DNA of 64,000 nucleotides from Nitrososphaeria archaeon (GTDB lineage: Archaea > Thermoproteota > Nitrososphaeria > JACIWG01): assembly GCA_963752255.1 (NCBI GenBank), contig CAVVXT010000019.1, positions 224,001 through 288,000 of the forward strand. Reading direction: 5' to 3'. Shown in pieces: positions 1 to 9,877 of this stretch (position 1 is the stretch's first letter; every line of letters begins with the position of its first letter). Below the pieces are notes generated by a model. The model worked only from the letters and a program-made list of their open reading frames with translations, was not told where the DNA came from and did not search any database. The position numbers and the translations under genes were made by a program.

Positions 1-135
1 TCTCTGCCTTTTGCCTCCCTGCAGAATAAGATATTTTGAAGCATTGTAGAGAGACTTTGGCTCTCTGTCAAAATATTTTGCGACATATTCGTCGATCTTC
101 AAAGAAAAGTACTTCATTTCATCGTATAAGGACAA
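1..135 (-). CDS. Polyprenyl diphosphate (GGPP) synthase, N-terminal part; runs off the window
   Basis: Manual translation from TTG at 135: MSLYDEMKYFSLKIDEYVAKYFDREPKSLYNASKYLILQGGKRQR, with the GGKRxR motif; GGTGA SD; follows fni as in the conserved cluster. Confidence 0.85.
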   Translation of the reverse strand, partial: MSLYDEMKYFSLKIDEYVAKYFDREPKSLYNASKYLILQGGKRQR

Positions 136-140
136 TGAGT

Positions 141-1202
141 TCACCTAGAAATCCAAGTGTGAAGATAGTGATCTATAAAATATCTTACTCTATGAAGCTC
201 GTCAACCTTCTTGCAACCAGTTAAGAACATAGCTGTCTTGAATTCAGAGGAAATCTGATCAACATAAGACGAAAGACTTGATTTAGATTTTTTAGCTAGC
301 TTTAATACAGGAAGAGCTATTGAACCGTACTTAGCGCCAAGCACCAGCGCTTTAGCTAGGTCCAGTCCATTTCTAAGCCCGCCAGAGGCTATAAGAGGAA
401 TCTTTACAGTTGAGGCGCATTCAATCAATGAGACCACCGTCGGAATACCCCAACCCGAATAAGCGGCGCCTAGACTGCTTTTTGACTTGTCGCCCAGCAT
501 CTTAGAACGAATCGATTCAACAGTCGCCCAATTTGTACCTCCTAACCCAGATATGTTGATACAGGATACTCCAGCGAGTTCAAGTTTTGCAGCAGTCTCT
601 TTAGAGATGCCGGTTCCGACCTCTTTAACAACGACAGGAACACCTATATTTTTGGTAAGGAATTCAATTTTTCCATACACACCTTTAAAGTTGGGCTCCC
701 CTTCGACCTGAATAACCTCTTGCAAGGGGTTTAGGTGCACGGCAATCGCGTTCGCCTTAGTGTCTGAAACAAGTGATTTGAGTTTGTCGATGTCGAGCCC
801 TTTAGACAGCTGTGCTGCTCCGATATTTAAGGCAAGAAAGATATTTGGGGCAACATCCCTTGCAATAGTATAAGTATCTTTTACTGAGGTGTCTTCCAAT
901 GCTGCTCTCACGCTACCAAGGAACATTCCTAATCCCTTTTCTTCTGCCACCTGAGCAATAGTTTGGTTCAGTGACCTTGCTTCTTCGAAGCCTCCGGTTA
1001 ATGAATCAAATAATAACGGATACTTTAAAGTCTTTCCAAAAATGTTTGTTGAAGCATCTAACTCTTCAAAATTTATTTCGGGCATCGCGTTATGTACTAG
1101 ATGAATATATTCAAAACCAGGTGAGACACCTTTAGATTCAACATCTTCTTTAAGGCATATGGAGATGTGATCAGCTTTACGTCCCCGTATTTTTTCACTC
1201 AT
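141..1202 (-). CDS. fni: Type 2 isopentenyl-diphosphate delta-isomerase
   Basis: RKADHI, (S)LTGG, HLNPLQE, KEVGTG, GGTNW, SGGLRNGLD motifs; ATG at 1202 overlaps the IPK stop (ATGA). Confidence 0.95.
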   Translation of the reverse strand: MSEKIRGRKADHISICLKEDVESKGVSPGFEYIHLVHNAMPEINFEELDASTNIFGKTLKYPLLFDSLTGGFEEARSLNQTIAQVAEEKGLGMFLGSVRAALEDTSVKDTYTIARDVAPNIFLALNIGAAQLSKGLDIDKLKSLVSDTKANAIAVHLNPLQEVIQVEGEPNFKGVYGKIEFLTKNIGVPVVVKEVGTGISKETAAKLELAGVSCINISGLGGTNWATVESIRSKMLGDKSKSSLGAAYSGWGIPTVVSLIECASTVKIPLIASGGLRNGLDLAKALVLGAKYGSIALPVLKLAKKSKSSLSSYVDQISSEFKTAMFLTGCKKVDELHRVRYFIDHYLHTWISR

Positions 1203-1963
1203 CTTCTTCCCTTCATGCATGTTCCCATGCCGATAACGCCATTTAAAGCTTTGAACACTACATCGGGTTTGAGACCGTTAACAAAGAACACGTCTGTCCC
1301 AAGTTTAGAAATTTTAAGGGCGATCTTCAACTTTCTTGTTATGCCACCTGTAACGTCATATTTCTTGTTGGTTCCAACAAAATTCTTTACAGCCCTAGAA
1401 TCTAGTTCACATATAGCATCACCCTCCATCTTCGAAGAAGGGTAGACACCATCAACATCCATACAGAATATCATGCGATTAGGCTTAATCATTGAGCAGA
1501 CACTGTACGCAATATCATCACCGGAGAGTATCTTGAAACCGCCATGGCACGGTATGACATCACCAAAAAGAACAGGTGTAAAACCCTGGTTCAAGAGATC
1601 TAAAAAAAATGATTTCATAACAATAGAATTTCCCCGGACAAAAAAAGGTGCTATAGTGTATGGTTTAATACCTCTTGAGCTCAGCGATCTAACAATTTTC
1701 TGATGTAGATCAAACATACTTTTCCTAGTCAAATACACGCCTTCAATATCGCCGATTTCTTTACATTCGGTAGAGAGCCCTGCTTTCTTAGCGTAATAGT
1801 GGCCGAATGATCCACCGCCGTGTATGATAATTTTTCTAGAACGATGTTGCGTCATCACCTTTGATAACTGATCTAGGGCTTTAATTCTTAAAGTCAGAGG
1901 GCGATCTTTGTGGGTTATGACAGAACCTCCAAGTTTTATGACCACAGTCTCTATTCTGTCCAA
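1199..1963 (-). CDS. ipk: Isopentenyl phosphate kinase
   Basis: KLGGSVIT, HGGGSFGH, SGDD, DVTGG motifs; between mvk and fni. Confidence 0.93.
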   Translation of the reverse strand: MDRIETVVIKLGGSVITHKDRPLTLRIKALDQLSKVMTQHRSRKIIIHGGGSFGHYYAKKAGLSTECKEIGDIEGVYLTRKSMFDLHQKIVRSLSSRGIKPYTIAPFFVRGNSIVMKSFFLDLLNQGFTPVLFGDVIPCHGGFKILSGDDIAYSVCSMIKPNRMIFCMDVDGVYPSSKMEGDAICELDSRAVKNFVGTNKKYDVTGGITRKLKIALKISKLGTDVFFVNGLKPDVVFKALNGVIGMGTCMKGRR

Positions 1964-2898
1964 GTTTTAAGACCTCCGGAGGGGATGGTCGTAACAAATA
2001 TATCAAAGGCCTCGAGCTTCCTTATTACATTCCCAAATGAAGACTGATCAGGCAGTACTATTACACATCCGCCTCCTCCGGCACCGGTCAACTTCGCGCC
2101 CAAGGCTCCGCCTTCAATAGATAGATTTACTAAATTATCTAAAGGCTTGCATGATACGCCGAAGAAAGATAGGATAGCATGCTGATAGTTTAGGAGGAGA
2201 CCAAATTCGTTTAACATACCCTTACTCAAGTAATCTGAGCCCAAAACGGCGATATGTGAGGATGCTTTAACGACTCCATCAAAATATGATGGAAAAATAT
2301 TCCTGTAAGATGAAAATTTTGAAACCAGATAAGAAGTTGAGCGCCTAATTCCCGTGTTCACGACAATTACTTTGACGGGAGCCAATAAATTCACATTTTT
2401 TTTTGATCCATCTCTTTTATAGAGATGCACTCCACCTTCAACCCCGACAAAGACATCTACACCAGATGGATTACCGTGTGTTACACGCTCAGACTCCATG
2501 GCGATATCAAATATCCTGCCAGAATCAGCATCACTATCTAAGAGCTTTAGGACTGATGCGACGTAGGAGACTGAAGTAGAACTGGATGAGCCCAGTCCTG
2601 CAGAAAGAGGTAGGGTTGTGCTGATCGAAGATCTTATCTTCTTCGATACAGGAAACTCACTTCTAATCCTTTCTAGAGCCTTCTTATAGGGAAGAAGTTC
2701 CTTAGGGACGGGGTCACCTTGCCTCCATCTAAGGTTAAGGTTTTCACTCACTATTTCGTCTACGTCGGAAAGTGACGACTTAGTTGTAGACCCCTGCTCG
2801 ATCGCGGCGACAAGCGCATAGGCGCCATGGACGACAAAGTGTTCGCCAAGCAGTATGACTTTTCCAGGAGAGAAAGCACACGCGTACAAAACTACCAC
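1951..2898 (-). CDS. mvk: Mevalonate kinase
   Basis: PGKVILLGEHFVVHG, GLGSSS GHMP motif, HGNPSGVD, KLTGAGGGG. Confidence 0.95.
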   Translation of the reverse strand: MVVLYACAFSPGKVILLGEHFVVHGAYALVAAIEQGSTTKSSLSDVDEIVSENLNLRWRQGDPVPKELLPYKKALERIRSEFPVSKKIRSSISTTLPLSAGLGSSSSTSVSYVASVLKLLDSDADSGRIFDIAMESERVTHGNPSGVDVFVGVEGGVHLYKRDGSKKNVNLLAPVKVIVVNTGIRRSTSYLVSKFSSYRNIFPSYFDGVVKASSHIAVLGSDYLSKGMLNEFGLLLNYQHAILSFFGVSCKPLDNLVNLSIEGGALGAKLTGAGGGGCVIVLPDQSSFGNVIRKLEAFDIFVTTIPSGGLKTWTE

Positions 2899-3743
2899 TT
2901 TCCAAGCGCTATCGAAGCATAGCCTACAACTTGGTCGTATTCTCCGATGATTTCACCGCTTGTCATATAGACTAGAAGCTTTCCACCAGAGGCGCCGATC
3001 TTCTTCGAAAGTGTCATAAGAGTCGCGATGGGCCCAAAACCACAGACCGATATCTTATTTTCATCGATGCAGCCGTAGAAGCCTTCAACATCAAGCTTTT
3101 CAATGTATGTTATGAGCTTTTTATCTTTCCTTAGTGCAACATTGTGAGGTTCATAGTGGGTAAAGTCAGAGGAAGCAACCAAGATATCTCTGCCGGGGAC
3201 AAATAAATCTGCTATAACGCTACCGAGTTCTGTTGCAAAGTGTTTGTCCTGGGCCATCATGCAGATTGGAAGGAGCTTAAAGGTGTTCCCGTACGTGTAC
3301 TGGAGAAGTGGAAGTTGAACTTCAATAGAATGTTCATATTCATGCGCCAGATCATCCAGATCCACTAACTTGGAAAGGTTCGACAGTTTTCTAACCCCTT
3401 CAAGGTCGACTGAAACTGTTCCTAAGGGTGTCTGCCAGCCTTCTTTTGTAGAGGAAGCGATTATGCTCCCCAGTCCCTGATGGTTAGGGCCGAGAATAAA
3501 AACACGCTCAGGAGAAGGGATATGCGTCTTTAAAAAGGAATAGCCTTTTGCGGCAACATATCCCGAATACTGATAGCCTGCATGAGGAGAAACTATACCG
3601 AAAACCTCTTTCATGTCAGGAGGAGTGTATTTACTTAAATTGTCCGGAGGAAAGGTAAAGAGCCGGTCCAGAATTTCTTTCAGACTTCTTTCGCTGCCGG
3701 GGTAAAAGGTTCCGGCCGCTGCAGGTCTTCGATTAACACCCAA
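2892..3743 (-). CDS. MEMO1 family protein (AmmeMemoRadiSam protein B)
   Basis: AGTFYP, PHAGYQYSG, GPNH, EHSIEVQLP, SSDFTHY, CGFGP, VVGY motifs. Confidence 0.93.
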   Translation of the reverse strand: MGVNRRPAAAGTFYPGSERSLKEILDRLFTFPPDNLSKYTPPDMKEVFGIVSPHAGYQYSGYVAAKGYSFLKTHIPSPERVFILGPNHQGLGSIIASSTKEGWQTPLGTVSVDLEGVRKLSNLSKLVDLDDLAHEYEHSIEVQLPLLQYTYGNTFKLLPICMMAQDKHFATELGSVIADLFVPGRDILVASSDFTHYEPHNVALRKDKKLITYIEKLDVEGFYGCIDENKISVCGFGPIATLMTLSKKIGASGGKLLVYMTSGEIIGEYDQVVGYASIALGKW

Positions 3744-3783
3744 ATTTGATCAAATATATGGTCTTTGAAGGAAGTTTATAAGT

Positions 3784-4443
3784 TTAAGAAGATTCTTCTT
3801 CAGTCTTCGTTTCAAAATCGTCAATAGAATACTTCATAGATTCGTTCGGTGGAAGTGCCTTTGTAGCTGACAGAACACTTCTGGCAAGAAGCCAGTAGAC
3901 CGCTGCCAGAGCCTTGCGCCCGTTGTTGTTTGCGGGTATAATCACGTCCACATTAGAGATGATGTTGTCCGTGTTACATATGGCAATTATTGGGATGCTC
4001 ATACTTGATGCTTCATCTATAGCCTGCTTGTCATAAAAAGGATCCGAGATGATCACCAATTCAGGTTCGAAATAATTTTTGAGCAGAGGGTTTGTTATGG
4101 TGCCGGGAAGGAACCTCTTTATTACCGGAGTAGCGCCGGTCAGCTCGCAGAACTTTTCAACAGGAGTTTCAGCATAAGGTTTACGGGAGTACACAATAAC
4201 GTTCTTAGGATTAGAACGGGATATCATTTTAGAAGCAACGTCAATTCGTTCAAGGGTCTTGTTGATGTCTATGATATTTAGACCGGACTGTTTTGTTGCT
4301 GCAATAAACTTTTTCATGTACGCTGTCTTCGCAACGCTACCTATTCTAATACCTGACGAAAACAAGTCTTTTTCACTAATCCCTGTAGTTACCATCTTTT
4401 CGGAGGAACCTTCCTCATCTATTGCTTCCTTTTCTTCTGTCAC
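3784..4443 (-). CDS. rps2: 30S ribosomal protein uS2
   Basis: RFLPGTITNP, DKQAIDEA, IPANNNGRKAL motifs; probable GTG start at 4443 after a GGTGAT SD. Confidence 0.95.
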   Translation of the reverse strand: MTEEKEAIDEEGSSEKMVTTGISEKDLFSSGIRIGSVAKTAYMKKFIAATKQSGLNIIDINKTLERIDVASKMISRSNPKNVIVYSRKPYAETPVEKFCELTGATPVIKRFLPGTITNPLLKNYFEPELVIISDPFYDKQAIDEASSMSIPIIAICNTDNIISNVDVIIPANNNGRKALAAVYWLLARSVLSATKALPPNESMKYSIDDFETKTEEESS

Positions 4444-4448
4444 ACATA

Positions 4449-5694
4449 TCACCAATTAACATCCATCATCTTAAAGGGTCCATAAGCTTCATCAATTCTG
4501 ATGAGCTCGTTAAGCTTCGCTATCCGTTCTCCGCCGACAACACCAGACTTCATGATTTCTGCGGAAACGCCGAGAGCGATGTGAGCCAAATGTGAGTCAA
4601 CTCCCTCCCCAGACCGGTGTGATGCTATTATAACATATTTCTTCGCTTTGGCAGTGTTAGCAAAGTCGATCGCTTCACCGAGAGGACCGATTTGGTTAAC
4701 CTTTAATATTGCACCGTTACCGGCTCCAATCTTAGCGCCTTCGAGCAGCCTTTTACTGTTTGTCACGAACAGATCGTCGCCGACTATGAACGTGTGCTTC
4801 ACCCGTTTTGTCAGAGCGGCAAAACCCTCATAGTCGTCTTCGAACATCGGATCTTCCACGTAAGCTGGAGAAAATCTGTCTATTACCGAGAGAACAAAGT
4901 CGATCTGCTCCTCTCTCGTTAGTCTCACACCTCTGCGTTCATAGTTGTATGTGCCAGACTTAGGATCGAAGATTCGACCCCGAGGCGAAATCTATTCCCA
5001 TTTTCACCTTGAAACCCACTTTATCACTTATATTATTCACTGCGACGCTAACGACATCCAATGCCTCCAAATCGTTGAGATGAGGGGCCCATGCGCCTTC
5101 ATCACCCTTACCTCCCGTGAACGTGGGATCTTTCTTCTCGATAAGCCTACGAACTTCTTTGTGGACTAAAACGTTAGCATAAATAGCATCGAAAATCTTC
5201 CTGGAACCAACAGGCAGCGAAAGGAATTCCTGAATGTCGGTAGAACCTTGACCGGCATGTTTACCCCCGCCAAGGACGTTACCCAATGGAAACGGATGGG
5301 CGAAATTGATGCTACCGCCGATGAACTTGAACATTGGAATGCCGAGAGACTTTGATGCGGCATCAGCTGAAGCTAATGTTATAGCAAAGGCGGCGGAGCC
5401 ACCGATATTCTCAAAGAAAGGGGATGCATCAATTTCGTGTAATAGCTTTGCTAATCCTTTGATGTCACCCGCATCAAATCCGACGATCTTCTTAGAATAC
5501 TGTTTGAAAGCTTGAACCGCACCTTCCGGGCCTGAAGCTGGGAAGGCGACAGCTTCACCTCCTCCGGTACTTGCACCGGCTGGAGCAGAAGACCGTCCAA
5601 CAACATTTCCAACTATAACATCAACTTCTATCGTCTTTTCCCCTCTGCTGTTAAAGATTATTCGAGACTTTAGATCCCGGATCTTTGTGTCCAT
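4449..5694 (-). CDS. eno: Enolase, split by a +1 frameshift near 4978-4981 (probably a sequence error)
   Basis: N-half has NSRG..TIEV, PAGASTG, GGGKH, QEF, GDEGA; C-half has VGDDLFVTN, LKVNQIG, SHRSGE, RIAKLNEL; removing one base of the C4 run gives continuous DFASGRIFDPKSG. Confidence 0.9.
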
Positions 5695-5697
5695 GAC

Positions 5698-5931
5698 TTA
5701 CTTCACCGTCTGATACTCCTTACCTTTTCTTGTTACAGATTCCTCGTAAGGCAGTATCTGGTCAACAATATCAACGTTGGAAACGAACATGCGCCTGCAG
5801 CAATATCTCTTTACTCCAAGCTCGTCCAAAACCTTACCCGAATCTTCTCCTGTACCAACCCTTTTCTTGTATTCTTCGTACTTGTCAGCTATGAGGGAAC
5901 CGCAGGTGAAACATCTGACAGGAATCATCAT
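5698..5931 (-). CDS. rpo10: RNA polymerase subunit Rpo10 (N)
   Basis: IPVRCFTCG and RYCCRRM zinc motifs. Confidence 0.97.
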   Translation of the reverse strand: MMIPVRCFTCGSLIADKYEEYKKRVGTGEDSGKVLDELGVKRYCCRRMFVSNVDIVDQILPYEESVTRKGKEYQTVK

Positions 5932-5937
5932 ACAACA

Positions 5938-6789
5938 TCACCTGTAAGACTTCTGTTTCCTCCTTCTAGGGCCTGGACCACCGAACTTTTTCGGCTCTGC
6001 CTGTCTAGGATCGCCCACGAGAAGGAAACGATCGTATTCCATGAATCGTTTTTTGACGTCTTCTGAACCACTCCATCCAACGATAGATCTAGATATGGCC
6101 ATAGCACTTGCTTCAGCCCTGCCCATGTAGCCTCCGCCTTTAACCTTAACTGCGATATCAACCTTGTTAGCCACTTCCTTAGCAAGAGCTAAAGCGGTCA
6201 TAATCCTCAATCTGGCAAACTCCGGCTGCAGAATCTCAACCGGCACATTGTTTATCCAGACGCGACCCTGACCTGAAGATACCACTGCCTGTGCGTATGA
6301 AGTCTTCCTCCAACCATCAAACTGCCGGGCTTTTTTCACCATCAGACTAGCAACCCCTTTACCTAGAACTTCAGCTATTTCCTCCACTTTAGTGTAAAAC
6401 GATAAAGGTTTTGTCGCTTTTGCCTTAAAAAAGGTTGTCCTAGCATCTTTTTCAAATTTTGCTGGGATCCCGACAAAAACCCTTAAGCGATCGAAAGCGA
6501 TCGCACCCTTGCTCTTTCTCATGGGCAACATACCTCTAATCGTTCTAGAGACAATGTTTTCCGGCCGCCTTGCATGATAAGGTCCATAGATAGGATTGGT
6601 CCTGCTGCTTATTTCAAGCTTTAACAGGTAACTTTTAAGATTAGATTTCCTGTTACCGGAAAGTAGAATTTTCTCCGCATTAACAACAACAACCCTGTTA
6701 CCTTTCAAAAGTAGTTTAGAAACCTCGGAGGCTAAGCGACCGAGGATCTGATTTTCGCCGTCTATAACGATTGGTTTCCGAGCAGACAT
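5938..6789 (-). CDS. rpl13/rps9: Single ORF encoding uL13 followed by uS9 (apparent fusion; internal uS9 ATG at 6342)
   Basis: uL13 motifs ILGRLAS, NAEK, RTIRGMLP, then uS9 motifs GxRKT, GGGYMG, PKKFGGPGPRRRKQKSYR with no intervening stop. Confidence 0.9.
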   Translation of the reverse strand: MSARKPIVIDGENQILGRLASEVSKLLLKGNRVVVVNAEKILLSGNRKSNLKSYLLKLEISSRTNPIYGPYHARRPENIVSRTIRGMLPMRKSKGAIAFDRLRVFVGIPAKFEKDARTTFFKAKATKPLSFYTKVEEIAEVLGKGVASLMVKKARQFDGWRKTSYAQAVVSSGQGRVWINNVPVEILQPEFARLRIMTALALAKEVANKVDIAVKVKGGGYMGRAEASAMAISRSIVGWSGSEDVKKRFMEYDRFLLVGDPRQAEPKKFGGPGPRRRKQKSYR

Positions 6790-6791
6790 AT

Positions 6792-7154
6792 TCAACCACC
6801 CATTACTATGATTTTGGAGCCGTCAGGATACTTTTCAGCGAACTCCACTAAATTAAGGACGCAGCCACCTGCGTCTGCGATCTTTTTACCAGCACTCTTG
6901 GACGTAAATAGGGCGCCCACCGTTATGGTGTGATCAACTAAACCGTCACCCAAGATCTTGCCTGGAATTAGTACTATATCGTTTTCTTTTGTAAGCTGGG
7001 AGACCTTGCCCACGTTAACTATCGGCCTTCTAGAGTTGGGACGGGAAACCATATCTATTACACTGGTCCAAAAAGTTTTGTTTTGTCCTTTTGACAACTT
7101 TTCCAACTTCTCCAACGTTTCGGTTATAATCGGATTACTACTTCTCTTTTTCAA
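6792..7154 (-). CDS. rpl18e: 50S ribosomal protein eL18
   Basis: VNVGKV, IPGKILGDG, SKSAGKKI motifs; operon position. Confidence 0.95.
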   Translation of the reverse strand: MKKRSSNPIITETLEKLEKLSKGQNKTFWTSVIDMVSRPNSRRPIVNVGKVSQLTKENDIVLIPGKILGDGLVDHTITVGALFTSKSAGKKIADAGGCVLNLVEFAEKYPDGSKIIVMGG

Positions 7155-7968
7155 CGGTAATCACCTCACCCGAATATTTTCCAATAACTTCATCGACTTG
7201 GGACATGACCTCTTTAATAGATCGAAGTAGAATATCCCTTGCAGACATGCTACCAACACTTTCTATTACAAGGATGAATTTATCCTCTGACTCGCTAACA
7301 CTAATACCCTTAGGCTCAGTATCGCATCCCTTTAGACATTCAAGGCAGAGGTTACAGCTAAGGGGATTGTCGATATTAAGTAGACCATCGCGCATAAGAA
7401 AGACGTTCCTTGGACACGCGTCAACGCATGCGCCACAATTATTGCAACTCTTATTCTGAACTATCACAGGATACGATTCTAAAACTGATACCGATGCCAC
7501 CTGCCATTTGGCATGTGCCTTACCTCTACCAAGTTTAGCATACGCTTCTAACTTAATCTTCTGTCCAGGTGCAAGCTTTAAGATAGGTATGTTCTGGGAG
7601 ACAGGTTTAACTTCTTCATCTTCTGAGACGAGCTCAGCAGAGTACACTTCTCTGACCCTATCAGTCGCTTCAGCATCTAATACAAACAAAACCCTGCACT
7701 TAGGACAGCCAAGGGCACTCTTACAGTCACATTCTGAAGGAAGAAGATACTTGTCAGCAGGAGTTTTAAGCGGAATAAGTCCTAGACGATGAGATATTAC
7801 TTCATCATAGAAAGAAGAAGTGTTCTCTAATATTACAACATCGTCTATCGCCATAACGGGAACAAGTGATATAGCCGCACGTCGTATAGAGTTAACGTGC
7901 ATCCTTGAAAAACCGTCAAAAAGAACCTTTATCCTACCAAAGGACTCCTCTAAAACTTGAACAGACAT
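7138..7968 (-). CDS. rpo3: RNA polymerase subunit Rpo3 (D) with ferredoxin-like Fe-S domain
   Basis: DEVISHRLGLIP, HAKWQ, CNNCGACVDACP and CNLCLEC motifs. Confidence 0.96.
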   Translation of the reverse strand: MSVQVLEESFGRIKVLFDGFSRMHVNSIRRAAISLVPVMAIDDVVILENTSSFYDEVISHRLGLIPLKTPADKYLLPSECDCKSALGCPKCRVLFVLDAEATDRVREVYSAELVSEDEEVKPVSQNIPILKLAPGQKIKLEAYAKLGRGKAHAKWQVASVSVLESYPVIVQNKSCNNCGACVDACPRNVFLMRDGLLNIDNPLSCNLCLECLKGCDTEPKGISVSESEDKFILVIESVGSMSARDILLRSIKEVMSQVDEVIGKYSGEVITVEKEK

Positions 7969-8376
7969 CTAAGCTCTTCTACCTCTTCTTCCGCCAGCCT
8001 TCCTTGTGGTATCATGCGGTAAAGGAGTTACATCTTCGATTCTAGCAATCTTGAAACCAGCTCTCGCAAGAGCTCTGAGGGCTGCATTTAAACCAGGTCC
8101 AGGCACCCTAGGCCCTGTGCCACCTACGGCCCGAACCTTAATTATTATCGAAGTTATACCTTTGTTCTTTGCTTCTTCAGATGTAGCCATAGCCGATTTA
8201 ATTGCAGCGTAGGGTGAGGACTCGAATCTGTCCGCTTTAACATGTCTACCTCCAGAACTTATTGAAATAGTCTCAGCCCCTGATAGGTCTGTAAAGTGAA
8301 GGATGGTATTATTATAGGAACTGTAAACGTGGACAATAGCCCATTTTTCTTCCTCAACACCCGAAGGCTTAGACAT
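7969..8376 (-). CDS. rps11: 30S ribosomal protein uS11
   Basis: [32 protein letters not shown]. Confidence 0.97.
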   Translation of the reverse strand: MSKPSGVEEEKWAIVHVYSSYNNTILHFTDLSGAETISISSGGRHVKADRFESSPYAAIKSAMATSEEAKNKGITSIIIKVRAVGGTGPRVPGPGLNAALRALARAGFKIARIEDVTPLPHDTTRKAGGRRGRRA

Positions 8377-8894
8377 TATTTACCAGCCTCCGGTTGAGCT
8401 CCGACTAGAGCCTTCAGAGGGCTATCATCTCTAATCTTGACGGATTCTTCATCCTGTGCTCCTACGAACATGCTCGGACGCCTAACGACATGATCTCTCA
8501 AAGAAACATGGCCATGAACTATAAACTGCCGGGCCTGAGTTGGTGTCTTAGCTAGACCCTTCCTCCATATAAAAGTCTGAAGTCTCCTCTCCAAAATGTC
8601 TTCAACTGTCAGGCTCAGCACATCATCTATAGTAGAATTTTTATCAATTAAAGCCCAATTTAAAAGCTTATTTAAAAGAAACTTTTCCTTTACCTTACGC
8701 TCAGTCTCTGGCATAGCCAAAAGAAGCCTTGCGTGTTCCCTTGTATTGGAGAGCAGGGTTTTTGCCTTCCATAACTCACGTTTGTTCCTAAGCCCATACG
8801 TTCCCACCAGTTGGAGTTCTCCAACAAGAACGTCACTCCTCCAAGGCATTCGGGGAGTACTATATTTTCTCCTAGGTTTTTTAGGATCTCCCAT
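8376..8894 (-). CDS. rps4: 30S ribosomal protein uS4
   Basis: [40 protein letters not shown]. Confidence 0.97.
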   Translation of the reverse strand: MGDPKKPRRKYSTPRMPWRSDVLVGELQLVGTYGLRNKRELWKAKTLLSNTREHARLLLAMPETERKVKEKFLLNKLLNWALIDKNSTIDDVLSLTVEDILERRLQTFIWRKGLAKTPTQARQFIVHGHVSLRDHVVRRPSMFVGAQDEESVKIRDDSPLKALVGAQPEAGK

Positions 8895-8983
8895 AACTAT
8901 CCCCTAAAAGCACACCTGCGTCCGCATAACCTTAAAATTAAGTTATAAACGTTTGCATTTGAAGAGCGCATTAAACAGACACC

Positions 8984-9508
8984 CTACTTTTTAGCTTCTT
9001 CGGGTGCGGGTTTGGCCGAGGGCGCTGGAACCCCCTGTCCAGCGACTGCAGCAGGTCTAGCAACCCCTTTTCTCACACCAACTGTCAGCCCTTTCCTGCC
9101 CGTCGTTCTAGTCCTCTGCCCCCTGACTTTTAATCCAAGAGAGTGTCTTATACCCTTCCAGCTCATCGTATCTCTCTCCCTTCGAACATCATCTTTTATG
9201 ATGAAATCCAAGTCGGAGCCTATTAGATGCATATTGGAACCAGAAGATGGATCTTTTCTTCTGTTCAGAAGGTATGCGAGCTCCAACTTGCTTTGAAGAT
9301 TTTTTGTATATTCATCTATCCTATTTAGGTCAGCTTCGGAAAGCGAACCCAACCTCGTATCAGTGTCAATATTTAGCTTGTTTAAAATGGCGTTTGCAGT
9401 GTTAAAACCTATACCTTTAATATCCGCTAGAGCGGCTAGAAGCTTCTTTTTACCGTTAAGGTCTTTGCCACCTAACCTGACTATTTGTCTAAACTCCGAT
9501 GATGACGT
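8984..9508 (-). CDS. rps13: 30S ribosomal protein uS13, inferred ACG start
   Basis: Frame extends upstream of the ORF-track TTG (9352) through EFRQIVRLGGKDLNG..IKGIG to ACG at 9508; in-frame TAA at 9521-9523; C-half has GIRHSLGLKVRGQRTRTTGR. Confidence 0.93.
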   Translation of the reverse strand, partial: TSSSEFRQIVRLGGKDLNGKKKLLAALADIKGIGFNTANAILNKLNIDTDTRLGSLSEADLNRIDEYTKNLQSKLELAYLLNRRKDPSSGSNMHLIGSDLDFIIKDDVRRERDTMSWKGIRHSLGLKVRGQRTRTTGRKGLTVGVRKGVARPAAVAGQGVPAPSAKPAPEEAKK

Positions 9509-9580
9509 ATTCTCCTCGCCTTACAAACTCCCTAAATTACTCCTTATTAAATAGTTTTTTGTCAAAACCAGAAAATAGAA

Positions 9581-9877
9581 TCAAAACTTTTGATATTTCC
9601 ATTCTATGACATCGTCAGCTGAGAGGACAGTCTTAAGTGCGCCCGAATTGGATGCGACACCGTTAACGTACAAGGACCAGAAACGTGAGGAACCTACATC
9701 GTTTGAAATGCCAAAGAAGCTAGAAATAACGAAATCCCCGTACTCGGCGGAGTAATTATAGTCTACGATATCACCAAAAGCCAACAGTGTAGCATTAAAT
9801 GCTGAAAAACCGTTTCCTGCGATAAAATGAACTGTCTTTGCTTCCATGGTTCCGTTATTAAAATTTACGACGACTAA
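9581..9877 (-). CDS. DUF4430 (transcobalamin C-terminal-like) domain, N-terminally incomplete
   Basis: YGDFVISSFFGI, FWSLYVNG, GA...L...DVIEWKY pattern; domain-like sequence (LVVVNFNNGT) starts right after the upstream TGA; first ATG at 9847. Confidence 0.65.
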   Translation of the reverse strand, partial: LVVVNFNNGTMEAKTVHFIAGNGFSAFNATLLAFGDIVDYNYSAEYGDFVISSFFGISNDVGSSRFWSLYVNGVASNSGALKTVLSADDVIEWKYQKF

